A DNA stretch of 63,613 nt, filler included, from Chiloscyllium plagiosum (Eukaryota): assembly GCF_004010195.1 (NCBI RefSeq). It is 4 parts of one record of this genome, joined end to end, with 100 filler letters (N's around TTAATTAATTAA, not from the genome) between each part and the next. Parts side by side here need not be neighbours in the genome. Positions count along the whole stretch, not along the records: positions 1 to 28,900 come from NC_057717.1; positions 29,001 to 55,201 come from NC_057717.1; 2 more parts are not named here. The stretch is one strand, 5' to 3'. The translations under genes and the position numbers were made by a program. Within the stretch, counting starts at the first letter, position 1; the number at the start of each line of letters is the position of its first letter. Of this stretch, positions 25,930-38,320 are shown in pieces. The notes under the pieces were generated by a model. It saw only the letters and a list, made by a program, of their open reading frames with translations, was not told where the DNA came from and ran no database searches.

Positions 25930-28900
25930 TGTCGTGAAACAAACTCGCTACCACAGCGATATTTGCTTCCTCAGTGCATGCCTCTGTAACCAACTCACCC
26001 CACACGGACTCCGGACCACCTTTAAAAAGGCAGCGTTCGGACCCGAACAGGACAAACAGTACCAACTACAGATTCAAAAACACCAGCAACAGTTCTCCTT
26101 CAAGATCCCCCGCTCCACGCTCGCAGCAATGCACTGGCATCTAACCTCTCTACAGTCAGCCCTGCCTCAGCTGAGGGCCACACTCTCTCAGAATTGCAAA
26201 GGACCCACTCTGTACTACATCCTCTGGAGAATTCATAGTCTCAACAAACAGTATTCAATTTCCATATCAAACATCAAAAACTGTAAGTACAACAAACTTT
26301 TATCTACCCACCTCCATAATGAGCGCTTCTCAAACATGCCCGTAGATTCCCCTGGCCTCTGGAACTATTTGCACGCCATTAGCCATGCGGCTGCTGCAGC
26401 GACCATCCCCACGCTGATTGATGATGTCACTTCCGCCCGGATCATGGCCACTCCCACAGCCACTTCCACACCTCACAATTCCTCATGCAACACACTTGGC
26501 ATCACTTCCGCCCCTCACATCATCGCTGATGTCACACATGCATGGAATTCTGCCACCCCTACTGCCGTGGTCACCACCACTTCCACCCCCACCAACGCCA
26601 CTCACCTGCATTCTGCTGACACCCCCCGACAGATCCCGCTGTCACAATCCCCGCGGTCCCCCAGTACCCTGAGGGGAACATTACCTCTGCTCATGACTCC
26701 ACACCCATTCCCCCCACCATCACACCCACTCCAGTTACAGGCTCCTCCCCCACTCCCAACTCCACACCCACACCAGATCCCAGCTCCCAGCCCTGCCGAG
26801 TTTTCACCATCCCTCCAGACCTTCCCCTTATTGAGGACGAACGATCAGTCCTCAGCAAAGGACTCACCTTCATCCCCCTCCATCCACGCATCAATGAATT
26901 TAATGCACACCGTGATGACGAACAATCCTTCCGCCGCCTCCGCCTCCGAAATTACTTTCATAGTCAGGACTCCCACCCACCTTCTGAGGACCACTTCGCC
27001 CACATCCAACACCCTGCATCCACCTGGATACCCCACGCTGGCCTATTACCCGACCTCGACCTCTTCATTTCCAACTGCCGCCGGGACATTAACCACCTCA
27101 ACTTGTCTACTTCCCACCATCACTCCAAACTCTCACCCTCACAACGCGCAGCTCTCCAATCCCTCTGCTCCAATCCTGACATTACCATCAAGCCAGCAGA
27201 TTAAGGCGGCGCAGTGGTAGTCTGGCACACTGATCTCTACACCACTGAAGCCGAACATCAACGCGAGGACACCTCTTCCTATCGCCCCTTCGACCATGAA
27301 CCCACCCTCATCACCAAATCAGCATCTCCCAGACCATATAGAACCTCATCAGTTCAGGAGATCTCCTACCCACAGCTTCCAATCTCATAGTCCTGGAACC
27401 CCGCACTGCCTGGTTCTACCTCCTTCCCAAGATCCACAAGCCTGACCACCCTGGCCGACCCATTGTCTCAGCATGCTTCCCTCCCACTGGACTCATTTCT
27501 GCCTACCGCGACACTGTTATATCCCAACTCGTCCAGGAACTCCCCACATACTTTCGAGACACCACCGACGTCCTCCACGTCCTCCAAGACTTTCCTTTCC
27601 CTGGCCTCCAACGCCTCATCTTCACCATGGATATCCAATCCATCTACACCTCCATCCACCAAGACCAGGGCCTCCAAGCACTCCTCTTCTTCCTCTTCCG
27701 ACGTCCCCAACAGTACCCTTCCAACGACAATCTCATTCGTATGGCCGAACTGGTACTCACCCTTAACAATTTCTCATTCGAATCCTCCCACTTCCTTCAG
27801 ACCAAATCGGTAGCCATGGACACCCGTATGGGCCCGCGCTATGCCTGTCTCTTTGTTGGCTACGTAGAACAGTCGATCTTCCGTAATTACACCGGCACCA
27901 CGCTCCACCTCTTCCTCCTCTACATTGATGACTGCATTGGCGCCACCTCGTGCTCTCGTGAGGAGGTTGAGCAATTCATCAACGTCACCAACACATTCCA
28001 CCCTGACCTTAAATTTACCTGGACCATCTCTGACACCTCCATCCCCTTCCAGGACCTCTCCATCTCCATTAATGACGACCGACTTGACACTGACATTTTT
28101 TTACAAACCCCCAGACTCCCACAGCTACCTGGATTACACCTCTTCCTAAACTACCCTCCTGCAAAAATGCCATCCCATTTTTCCAATTCCTCCGCCTGCA
28201 CCGTATATGCTCCCAGGAGGTATAGTTCCACCACAGAACACACGAGATGGCCTCCTTCTTTAGAGACCACAATTTCCCTTCCGAAGTGGTTAAAGATGCC
28301 CTCCAACGCATCTCGTCCACATCCCGCACCTCCGCCCTCAGACCGCACCCCTCCCACCGTAATAAGGACAGAACAGCTCTGGTGCTCACCTTCTACCCTA
28401 CCAACCAAACCATATGCCGACATTTCCACCACCTTCAAACAGACCCAACCACCAGGGATATACTTCCCTCCCTACCCCTTTCCGCCTTCCACAAAGACCC
28501 TCCATGACTACCTGGTCAGGTCCACGCCCCCCTTCAACCCACCCTCCCATCCTGGCACCTTCCCCTGCCATCGCAGGAATTACAAAACCTGCACACACAA
28601 CTCCTCCCTCACCTCCATCCAAGGCCCTAAAGGACCCTTCCACATCCATCAAAGTTTTACCTGTACATCCATCAATATCATTTATTGTATCCATTGCTCC
28701 TGATGCGGTGTCCTCTACATTCCGGAGATTGGACGTCTCCTAGCAGAGCGCTATACGGAACATCTCCGGGACACCCGCACCAATCAACCACAATGCCCTG
28801 TGGCCCAACATTTCTACTCCCCCTCTCACTCTGCGGAGGAAATGGAGGTCATGGCCTCCTTCACCGCCGCTCTGTCAGCACCAGACGCCAGAAGGGAGAA
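25930..28900 (+). mobile_element. Penelope-like element (Neptune-type), near full-length ORF: N-terminal domain, RT, Cys linker, GIY-YIG endonuclease; several frameshifts/stops
   Basis: HSDICFLSACLCNQLTPHGL; VLSKGLTFIP; IKPAD*GGAVVVW; FYLLPKIHKPDHPGRPIVS; TMDIQSIYTSI; MGPRYACLFVG; YIDDC; YKPPDSHSYLDY; FPCHRRNYKTC; NIIYCIHCS*CGVLYI. Confidence 0.92.
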
Positions 28901-29000
28901 NNNNNNNNNNNNNNNNNNNNNNNNNNNNNNNNNNNNNNNNNNNNTTAATTAATTAANNNNNNNNNNNNNNNNNNNNNNNNNNNNNNNNNNNNNNNNNNNN
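28901..29000. other. Artificial contig linker (N44-TTAATTAATTAA-N44); also at 55202-55301 and 60573-60672
   Basis: The same six-frame-stop 12-mer is embedded in Ns three times. Confidence 0.95.
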
Positions 29001-30045
29001 GTAATAGCTATTTATCCCATGGGAGGAAAGGTCTCTGACAATTCACTCTCTGTGTGATTCTCATAATCTTGTTCACCTCTACCAAGTCACCCCACCCACT
29101 TCTTCACTCCAATGAGAAAAGCCTTAGCTCCCTCAAACTTTCTTCATACGAAATGCCCTCCATTCCAGGCAGCATCCTGGTAAATCTCCTGTGTACACTC
29201 TAAAACTTGCACATCCTTGCTGTAAAAATGGTCCCAGAACTGAACACAATATTCCAAGTATGGTCTCATCAGGACGCTATAAAGATGCAATAAAACCTCA
29301 CGGCTCTTAAAATCGATTCCCTTGCTAAGGAAAGCCAACACAACATATGCCTTTTTAACAATCCTATCAACGGGCGTGGCAACTTGAGGGAATAATGGAC
29401 ATGCACCCCATGATCTCTCTGTTCCTTCACACTGCCAAGTATTCTGCCTTTTACTCAGTATTCTGCATTTAAATTCGACCTTCCAGAATGAATCACGTCA
29501 CACTTTTCCAGATTGAATTCCAACTGCCGCTTCCAGCCCAGCTCTGCTTCCTTTTAATGTTCCATTGCCACCTACAACAGCCCTCCACATTACCCACCAC
29601 TTCACCAACCTTCATGTGATTGGCAAACTTACTAACCCACTCTCCAACATCCACATCCAAGTCATTTACAAAAAGCACAAAGAGCAGAGTCCCAGAGCCG
29701 ATTGTTACAGAGCACCACTGGTCACTGAGCTCCATGCTCAATACTCTCCATCTGCTGCCACCCTCTGTCTTCTCTGGGCCATCCAATCCTGTATGCAGAC
29801 AGACAGATTTCCCTATATCCCAATCATCCTTCTTTTCTGAACGAGCCACCAACATATTATATCATATCCTCAAAGAATTCAATAACGTTGTGAGACATGA
29901 CCTGACCCCTCACAAACCCATGCTGACTGTCTAAAATTTAACTATGATTTTCCAAGCAGTTATAAATCTGTATATAGAGTCCCCGCCAATAATCTGCACA
30001 CAACAAACATTAGACTAAATCTGTAATTCCCAGGATTCTACTTCC
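29001..30045 (-). mobile_element. CR1-clade LINE RT 3' fragment
   Basis: LLFVLFVNDLDVDVGEWVSKFAN; LYSVLMRPYLEYCVQFW. Confidence 0.88.
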
Positions 30046-30149
30046 GTAACATGGGCCCAGACTCTACAAACCTTCCCTCCTCAGCCAAGTTCCCCAGAAG
30101 GGCACTGGAGGGTGGAGGAAGTTACAGAGATAGGGAAGAATATCAGGAC

Positions 30150-30790
30150 AAGAGGGATTTGCAGACATTAGGAGGATTGCAGTGCCAAAATGAGTCTTCA
30201 GTAATTGTGAGGTTTTATGGTGATGAAGGCATTTGAGGAGGGAGGGAGGGAGGATTGTAGGGAAATGTGAGGTTTCACAGTTTATGTGTTTCGTTAAGAC
30301 TTCAAGAGGTTTCTGAGTCGGGGAGGTTTAAGCACTGGTGTTTGTTACATAAACATGGTTTTGGTTGCAATGGCAGGAAGAGGATTCAGGAAGCTGGAGA
30401 GTATGGGGTCTGAACGAGGTTACACAAATGGGAAGAGTTGTCAGGGGTGCAGGTGTTTGCAGAGACAGCAATGACCTGATCTGGAGCAGAGGACTCAGAT
30501 TGGGAGGGATGTGGGGACTGGAGTTGGTTTCACAGGTAGGGAGGACCATAGGGTGTCAAGAGGTTACAGAAATGTGGAGAGCAATAGGGCCTGCAGTAGT
30601 TCATGGAGTTGGGGAGGAGGGAGGGATGGAGTAGTTTACAGGGATAAGGAGATTAGTAGGAAAGGTCTGATCAAGCTGGAGAGTATGGGGTCTGAACGAG
30701 GTTACACAAATGGGAAGAGTTGTCAGGGGTGCAGGTGTTTGCAGAGACAGGGACTATATAGGGAATGGAGCGGATTACAGAGATAATGTA
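30150..30790. repeat. Degenerate purine-rich ggttacagagataggga-type repeats with a ~78-bp direct repeat (30390-30467 / 30673-30750)
   Basis: aagctggagagtatggggtctgaacgaggttacacaaatgggaagagttgtcaggggtgcaggtgtttgcagagacag occurs twice. Confidence 0.7.
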
Positions 30791-30804
30791 GAATGTATAG
30801 TCTG

Positions 30805-31490
30805 TAAGAAAAACACTGCATCAACGTTTCGGGCAAGAGCCTTCATCAGGAAAGAGGCTTGTGAACCAAGGAGGTAAAGAGACAAATACGAGAGGATGGA
30901 GCTGTGACAAAGTAGCTGAGAGTGTGATAGGTGAAAGGAGGTGGAGCTAATAGTGATAGGTCATAGAGTAGGGTGGAGCGGATAGGTGGGAAGGAAGATG
31001 GCCAGACAGGACAATTCATGAGCGCGGTGAAAGCCCAGGATCTGGGTGAAGTTGGCTGAGTGGGTGCGAGAGTTGACGTGTTCGACGAGGGGCAAGTGGT
31101 GTTGTTTGGTGTGGGTGTCCCGGAGATGTTTTCTGAAGCGGTCTGTAATTAGGTATCCTGTCTCCTCAATGTAGAGGAGACTGCATCGGGAGCAATGGAT
31201 ACATTAAATGACTTGTAGAAATGCAGGTAAAATTCTGATGGATGTGGAAGGTTCCTTTGGACAGAGTTGAGGGCAGAGGTGCGGGTTGAGGTTTTGCAAA
31301 TTCCGTGTTGGAATGAAAAGGTGCCGGGAGTGGAGGGTGATTTGGTGGGGGGCGTGCACTTGAAAAGGGAGTCGAAGAGGGAATGCTCTTTCCAGAAAGA
31401 GGAAAAGGGGTGGGGAGAGAAACACATGCTTGCTGGTGGGATTCATTTGCGGGTGGCCGAAATGTCGGAGGTTGACATGATGTCTACGGA
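30805..31490 (-). mobile_element. Penelope-like element 3' fragment (GIY-YIG plus terminal repeat with hammerhead-like motif)
   Basis: PGTFSFQHGICKT; reverse strand encodes IHCSRCSLLYIEETG; ttcCTGATGAaggctcttgcccGAAAcgttg at ~30820-30852. Confidence 0.8.
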
Positions 31491-31499
31491 ATGAAGTTG

Positions 31500-34200
31500 A
31501 TTTTAAAGTGTGCCTATATCAACGCCAGGAGCATCTGGGATAAGGTAGGCATCATGGGTTGTTAGCTGTGACTTCGATGTTATGGCCATTTCAGAGACAT
31601 GAGTGGAGCACTGAAAGGAATGGTTGTTCCTGGTATCTCAGTTTCGATTTTTCAGTAAGAACATGAAGGTCGTTTCAGAGGGGGAGATGTGGCATTATTA
31701 GTAAAAGACCGTAGTATAGCAGCAGAAAGAATATTTGGTGAGGACTCAACTGAATTTTCTGAGCTAGAATGGGCTGAGATTAGAAGCAGAAAAGGAGAGG
31801 TCACCACAGAAATATTCTAGAGATATGGAGGAAAAGATTGAGAAGATGAACCTGGGTAGGAACGAAAGTAACAGGGTAGCTGTTATGGGGAACTTTAAAT
31901 TTCCAAATATTGATTGAACATGTTAGCATCCGAGTCCCTCTGATCGGCCAGTTTTTGTCCAATGCGTGCTTAAGAGTTTCCTGACAGGGCATGTTAACAG
32001 GCCAACAAGAGGCAAAGCCACACTGGATTTGGTACGGCGCAATGAACCAAGCCAGCTGTTCGATTTGGAGGTAAGTGAGCACTTTGGCGATAATGACCAC
32101 AATTCGGTTATGTTTATTTCGTGATTGATAGGGATAGATATATATCGCAGAGCATGAGGTATCGCTTGGCGAAAGGCCATTATGATGCGATTAGGCAAGA
32201 GTTCGGATGCACTGAATGGAGAAAGTAACTGCAGGGGTTTTGATCAACTGAAATATGGAGCCTGTTCAGGGAACAGCTACTGCATGTCTTTGATAAGTAT
32301 ATATGCGTCATGCAGGGAATATGAGGTCGATACAAGGAGCTGGGTTTACTGAAGAAGTTGAATGTCTTCTCAAGAGTGGGAAGGAGGCGTATGTAAACAT
32401 GAGATGTGAAGGCTGAGGTCAGCCGATTGAGAATTAAAAGCTAGCCAGGAAGGGCCTGAAGAGAGAGCTACTTAGAGCTAACAGGGGACATGAGAAGGGG
32501 GATGGCAGGATGAATAAAAACCTGAAAGCTTTCTATAGGTAATTCAAGAATAAAATAATGCCTAGGATATGATTAGGGCCCGTCAAAAACAGCAGTAGGA
32601 GGTTGTAAGCAGAGTCGAAGGGTAGGAGAGGCGCTGAAAGTGTATTTTTTCATCATATCACAAACGAAAAGGACAATGCTGTCGAAGAGAATATTGAGAT
32701 GTAACCTATCAGAATAAACGAAATTGATATCCAGAAAGAGGAGTTGTTAGCAATTCTTGAAAAACTGAAAATAGATCAATTACAGTGTGGAAACAGGCCG
32801 TTCAAGTCCACACCGACCCACAACCCCTAATACTATGGACAATTTAGCATGGCCAATTCACCTAACCTGCATATTGTTGGATTGGGGGAGCAAACTGGAG
32901 CACCCGGACGAAACCCACGCAGACACGGGGCAAATGTGCAGACTCCACACATTCAGTCGCCTGAGGCGGGATTTAAATCGGGGTTTCTGGCACTGTGAGG
33001 CAGCAGTGCTAACCACTGTGCCACCGTTCCACCCATGGTTTTGCCCCCTGGGCTTGATGGAATGTATCCCAGGATTCTCTGCGAATCGTGGAAGGAGATT
33101 GCAGAACTTTTGAATATGAACTTTATTTCGTCAGTGTTTATGTGATTAGTGCGAGAAGACTCGAGTTGAGCAAAGATTGTGCCCTTCTTCACGAAGGGGA
33201 GTAGAGGCAACGCCGGCAATTTAGTACAGTGAGCCCTAGCTTCCTTGTAGGTAAAGTGTTGGGAAAGATGATGAGAGATAGGATTAATGATCATCGAAAA
33301 AGGAAGAAGTTGATTCGCGATAGTAAACACGATTTTGTGAATATTAGGTTGTTACACACAAACCTTATTGAGCTCTTTGAGAAGGTGAGCAAACAGGTGG
33401 ATGAGAGTTAAGTGGTTGATGTGGTGGATATGGTTTTCAGTAAGGCACTGTCGGAGGCTGCAAAAATACAGAGACTTGGGATTGAGGGTAATTTAGATGT
33501 TTGGATCAGAAATTGGCTTGCTGAATGCAGACAGCGCGTGGTAGTTCATGGAAATACATATCCTGGAGTTGAGTTACTCATAGTGTACCGTTTTGTGTCC
33601 ACTCCTGTTTTTCATTTTTATAAATGACCTGGATTACGGCTTGGAATTATGGATTAGTTAATTTGCAGATGACATTAAACTCGATGGAGTTGTCAACAAT
33701 GACAACGTCTGCTGAAATTTGCAGAGGGACATGGATAATCTGCAGAGCTGAGTTCGGAGCTGGCAAATGGAGTTTAATGTGGAAAAGGGTGAGATCATTT
33801 ACTTTGGAAGGAGCAAGAATAATACAGAGTTCTTGGCTAATTGTAATATTCTTGGAAGTTTAGATGAGCAGAGGGATCTCGATGCCCATGTCCATAAAAC
33901 TCTGAAAGTTACCACCCACATTGACAGGTTTGTTTGCAAGAAGCATGATGTCTTAGTTTTTACTGGGAGTGGGATTGAGTTTCAGAGCCAAGTGATCACC
34001 TTGCAGCTCCAGAAATTCTCTGGTGTGGCCGCACTTATAGAGTTGCGTGCAGTTCTTGTCGCCAAATTATGGGAAGGATGTGAAAGCATTGGGACGGGTG
34101 CAGAGGAGATTTGCTAGGATATTGTCTCCTTCATGTTTTTTTCACAGGTCGGTGCAACATGAGGGCCAAAGAAAATTTACTGCGGTGTAATATTCGGTGT
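31500..34200 (+). mobile_element. CR1-clade LINE ORF2 (endonuclease plus RT), degenerate, with nested HE1 SINE
   Basis: tatatcaacgccaggagcatc (YINARSI), gagcactttggcgataatgaccacaat (EHFGDNDHN), NLIELFEKV, WIRNWLAECRQRVVV, MEFNVEKGEIIYFG. Confidence 0.85.
32783..33030 (-). mobile_element. HE1-type V-SINE (internally deleted)
   Basis: Reverse complement has the head ggcacagtggttagcactgctgcctcacag and V-domain tttgcccc gtgtctgcgtgggtttc. Confidence 0.88.
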
Positions 34201-35448
34201 TTTAACTGTTTTTCAGCTTGGAGTTGCTATCAACTATGGTCACTATCTGTAAAACCAACACCTGGCGAGAATTGAATGTGCAACTGCGTCACTTCCATTC
34301 TGCCGTGCAAGTACACCAAACTGACGAATTGCACCACTGGAGCTGCCTTGTAGTGATGACTAACGGTTCCTGATCTTAACACTGGGCCCCTCAACACAAT
34401 TACTCATTTTTTGCTGTGGATCTGGAATGAAACACTGCGCAGAGGAAGTTATACTGATGATGGATCATCGATTATGAAGAATGAGGTTCAGGAAAATGAC
34501 AAAGAAAAATGTGGTGAAAATAGGCATTATTGAATACGGTGTACATTTACCATGGCTTCCTGCGTTGATCACAGGCAGTATTATGTGGCCAGAGCACTGG
34601 GATTTTCTTTCTATCGGCTTCAATTCGTCAGGGAATTCGATTCACTGATACTTCACCAACTTGCCTTGGAATGTTCATACGATACAATGACCCACACTGC
34701 ACACAACGTCAACAATCTCTAGGATTACTATATCCAACAGCACGTGGCATTTTTAAAATATAAATAGTGAAGATTGAATAATGCTATGCAATGGCAAATT
34801 GAATTTCAGTTTAGTTAGTAAAGTCGCACGAATCCAGAGTAAGATTCAAAATGTTAGAAATTCATTTACATTACCTTGGCTAGAAATCCAACCCAGCAAA
34901 GGGGAAATCTGTCCCTGAACCCCAGCATCCATGTAATCACTTGTTCCATGTGTCCACTTGGAAACCTATGTGAAGAAACGTACAGCCTGACAGAGAATTT
35001 ATGAGAATCCTCCACGGTTTGATCTAAAGCTGAAACAGGAGCTATCTATTCTAGCTGGGAGGGCAGGGAGGTGGATTTGGGACCAAAAATTCCTTGGTGT
35101 AGATTCACATTGTCCTCATTATGATTGTTTACAAACCTGGACCAGAAATCGTACTGACAGAAAGGAGCAGAAGAAGGCCACTCTTAACACCACTCCTGCC
35201 CTGCCACGACATTCGAAATCATCATGGCTGACACAACTTTTTAAAATCTTTTTCCAGACTATCCACATCATCGTGTTGCCGACTGGCTAACAGATATTTA
35301 TCGAACTCTATTATAAATAGACATCAAAATTGTTCATCGTTGAGAGGAAAATGTTACGTTTCGAGACAGTTGGGTTTCTGCACGAATTTTATCGGTTTTG
35401 CCATGAGCAGCCGAGTCTTGTCTTACCACCTTTCAAACGATAAACTAA

Positions 35449-35509
35449 ACTCGGATGGGATGCGAATCCACAACCTTTGAATAGTGTCTGAGAAGGCTAC
35501 AGTGGAGGT
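35449..35509 (-). pseudogene. Degenerate 3' half of an intron-containing tRNA-Arg(TCT)-like gene
   Basis: Reverse complement ...attcaaaggttgtggattcgcatcccatccgagtt resembles the vertebrate tRNA-Arg(TCT) 3' exon ATTCAAAGGTTGTGGGTTCGAATCCCACCAGAGTC, preceded by a ~20-nt intron-like spacer. Confidence 0.5.
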
Positions 35510-35689
35510 GGGCAGCCCACAAGTTACAGGTAAGCCTCTTTGCTTTCTGCTTGGCAACGAAGACTCCCTTATGCTAACCTCTTCTATTAACCTTACGGGC
35601 ACTGAAACATGTCCAAGCTTTATATTGAGCTCTGAGATTGCGAAGCGTGGATCATATTTTCAGTATAATGATGATGCGTATAAGTCAAT

Positions 35690-35990
35690 GTCTACCTCTA
35701 GGTTATATGTGGAAGGTGCGTCAGTTACCTTTTTGTTGATACAGGGGCAACATATTCAGTCTTTAAATCATGGCAGTTCAGAGAGTCGACGCAAATAAAG
35801 ATGAGTGGAAGGTTCCTGATCTCTGTGGGTGCATCAGGAGTCATGATACGAGAGAGATTAACCGCAACCCTATTGTGCGAAACCAGTAATGGGGAAACAT
35901 TCCAATTCTCATTTCTGTTTTTGGAATTCTGTACTTTAAATCTGATGACTCGAGATCTCATAGTGAGTCTGTAGTTGGATTTGCGCATTT
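35690..35990 (+). pseudogene. pro: Retroviral aspartyl protease remnant
   Basis: VEGASVTF / VDTGATYSV (DTG at 35738-35746) ... LMTRDLIVSL (an LLGRDL-like motif). Confidence 0.85.
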
Positions 35991-36079
35991 CCCCAACGGG
36001 CTTGCAGGCAACACAAAAATATTTACCAGTGCAGACTGTAAAATATGACTCACGTCAACTGACGCATGTCTATACAAGG

Positions 36080-36520
36080 CGATTAAGTCAGAGAGTGATA
36101 AGTTCAGTGAGTGATTCACTCGCCCAGGAAGCAAGTAACCATGTTAATTCCACGAACACAGATTTTCTTGCTGGGGATATGCTGCACTGCACAGCACACA
36201 TACACCGCGATGGCCCTGACAAATCATATGAGAAGGATTGGTTCAGAAGATTGGTGAAACCAGATCAGTTGTTATTGTGCGAATATTGTTGGAATGATCA
36301 CAGATGTGCGTCAGACAAAACTTATCTAAAGTATCTGCGACGGCAAGTAGACCCTGTCTTTCTGATGCAGAAGGCTCCTTTCCTCATGTATCATTGGCAA
36401 AGACATCCAGCGACAGGCGGCAGGATTTGGGACCATGGATATGAAAGCCACATAAAAACGAAATATTGTGTCTTCAGGGTCGATGTGGGTATCTGCTTCA
36501 ATGCGGACATACGGACATAT
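36080..36520 (+). pseudogene. 2H-phosphoesterase-like domain between protease and RT
   Basis: LHCTAH (H at 36185) and, after a frameshift, FPHVSLAK (H at 36385): paired HxT/S motifs ~66 codons apart. Confidence 0.72.
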
Positions 36521-36649
36521 AGGAAGAAACTGAATTGGCTAACCCAGGCAGATAGGCAGTCCAGGAAACCCTCGCCAGGAGGGTAGCCTGGTGTTTACCT
36601 ATGGACGATGTCTCGGCCCCAAGTTTAAGAAGCGTTCCTGCTGAGTTCA

Positions 36650-38320
36650 GGGCAAAGGGCAAAAGGTTAACGAGATGTAGGCATCATACCAAGCTGTGAA
36701 CCAATAAGAATAACCCCGAAGTCTGAGTATCGTCCTTGCAGAGCAGAAGACCCGTTAAAACCCGAGGCTGTGGAAGGATTTGAATCCCTCCTAAAGTCTG
36801 GTGTGATAACCCCCTGTGGATAATCACCAGTGAGAACCCCGATTTTTCCGGTCAAAATGGCAAACATTCCAAGTGAATTGGTGGAATGGAGGTGTGTTCA
36901 AGACCTGCAGGTAGTCGATAGCGCTGTTGTTCCACACACCCCAAATGTTTACAAACCCAATAGGAAATTGACACAATTTCCACCGGACAGTAAATGGTTT
37001 TCTGTTATGAATTTAGCAAATGCCTTCTTTAGTGTACCAGTACACCCAGAAAGTCAATTCCAGTTCACTTTTTCATTCAAAGGCAAATTGTATACTTTCA
37101 TGCGACTTTGTCAGGATTATTGTGATTTCCCCCATCATAAATAATGAGGATCTACGCAGGAGTCTAGATACTCTTGTTTTAACCCCGGAATCAGCGCTTC
37201 TGCAGTATGTAGATGAATGCTTAATAACAGCACCAACAGAGGAACAATGTGAAAAAGATATGCTTGCGTTGCTCTGCCAGCTAGCTAGGGATGGGCACAA
37301 AGCTAGTCTCGCAAAACTACAATTTGTGCAACAGCAGGTGAAGTTCTTAGGTCACTAAGTATCTGAACAGGGGAAGGCCATTGCTCAAGATAGAGTTCAA
37401 CCAATCCAGCAAATTCCAAAGCCTCAGACGAAGAAACAATTACTATCGGTTTTGGTCATGCGCTCCTACTGTAGAAAGTTTATCCCACATTGCGCAACCA
37501 TTCAGGCGCCCCCAAGTGGCATATCACATGGCTAAGTGTTGCAGAGCCCGAGTCCGTTGCAGTGAAAAAATGGCACTCCAAACTACACCTACACTGGGGA
37601 TTCCAAATCCAAACAAGCGTTTTTTTTACAAACGGTAGATGAGAAGTGTGGCTGCATGACATCTGTGCTGATGCAGGATAAGGTGGGAAAATTGAGGCCG
37701 GTAGGTTATTTTTCGGTTAAACTTAGAACCGCCCATGGCGGCAAGATTGCCTAAATGCCTGCGAGCCGCGGCTGCAGCTGAAAAGCCTGTTGGAGCCGCT
37801 ATGGTGAATTAACCCTACTGGTCCCACATGCGTATCCGTAATGCTTCCCGAGCAAAACAAAACACACATGTCGACACCACGTTGGCTCAGATACAATACG
37901 ATGCTATTGGAGATACCTAACATGGAGAAAGTGAGGACTGCAGATGCTGGAGATCAGAGCTGAAAATGCGTTGCTGAAAAAGCGCAGCAGGTCAGGCAGC
38001 ATCCAAGGAGCAGGAGAATCGACGTTTCGGGCATGAGCCCTTCTTCAGGAATCTTCAGTTTCCTGAAGAAGGGCTGATGCCCGAAACGACGACTCTTCTG
38101 CTCCTTGGATGCTGCCTGACTTACCGCACTTTTCCTGCCACACATTTTCAGCGGAGATACCTAACATTACAATAAAGCGATTTAACGTCCTTAATGCTGC
38201 TCGCTCTCCCCACAGAAGGGGTAGGAGACCCACATGACTGTGTCCCTGTAATTAATGACATTTGCAGCCCTAGACCAGACGTGCAGGATTCACCGATTCC
38301 GAATCAGAATATGGCGTTTT
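36650..38320 (+). pseudogene. pol: Retroviral RT and connection region, ending at the start of RNase H
   Basis: ORFs 36830..37144 and 37020..37358; ALQTTPTLGIPNPNK; RPVGYFSVKL; PRWLRYNTMLL; PRPDVQDSPIPN. Confidence 0.9.
37924..38152. mobile_element. Fold-back Penelope-derived insertion with two oppositely oriented hammerhead-like motifs, 15-bp TSD
   Basis: TSD ggagatacctaacat at 37909-37923 and 38153-38167; ~100-bp inverted arms centred ~38055. Confidence 0.88.

Noticed and set aside
25934..27220. 428-aa ORF as a mucin-like host gene
   Set aside because: It is the Penelope ORF N-terminus; its later part is out-of-frame RT sequence
34876..34987. Candidate small minus-strand exon with AG/GT boundaries and open frames
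   Set aside because: No recognisable protein motif; expected by chance
35503..35535. ca-g-TGGAGGTGG as PBS of the first ERV
   Set aside because: No convincing 18-nt tRNA complement, no upstream copy of the 3' LTR, and no room for gag before the protease
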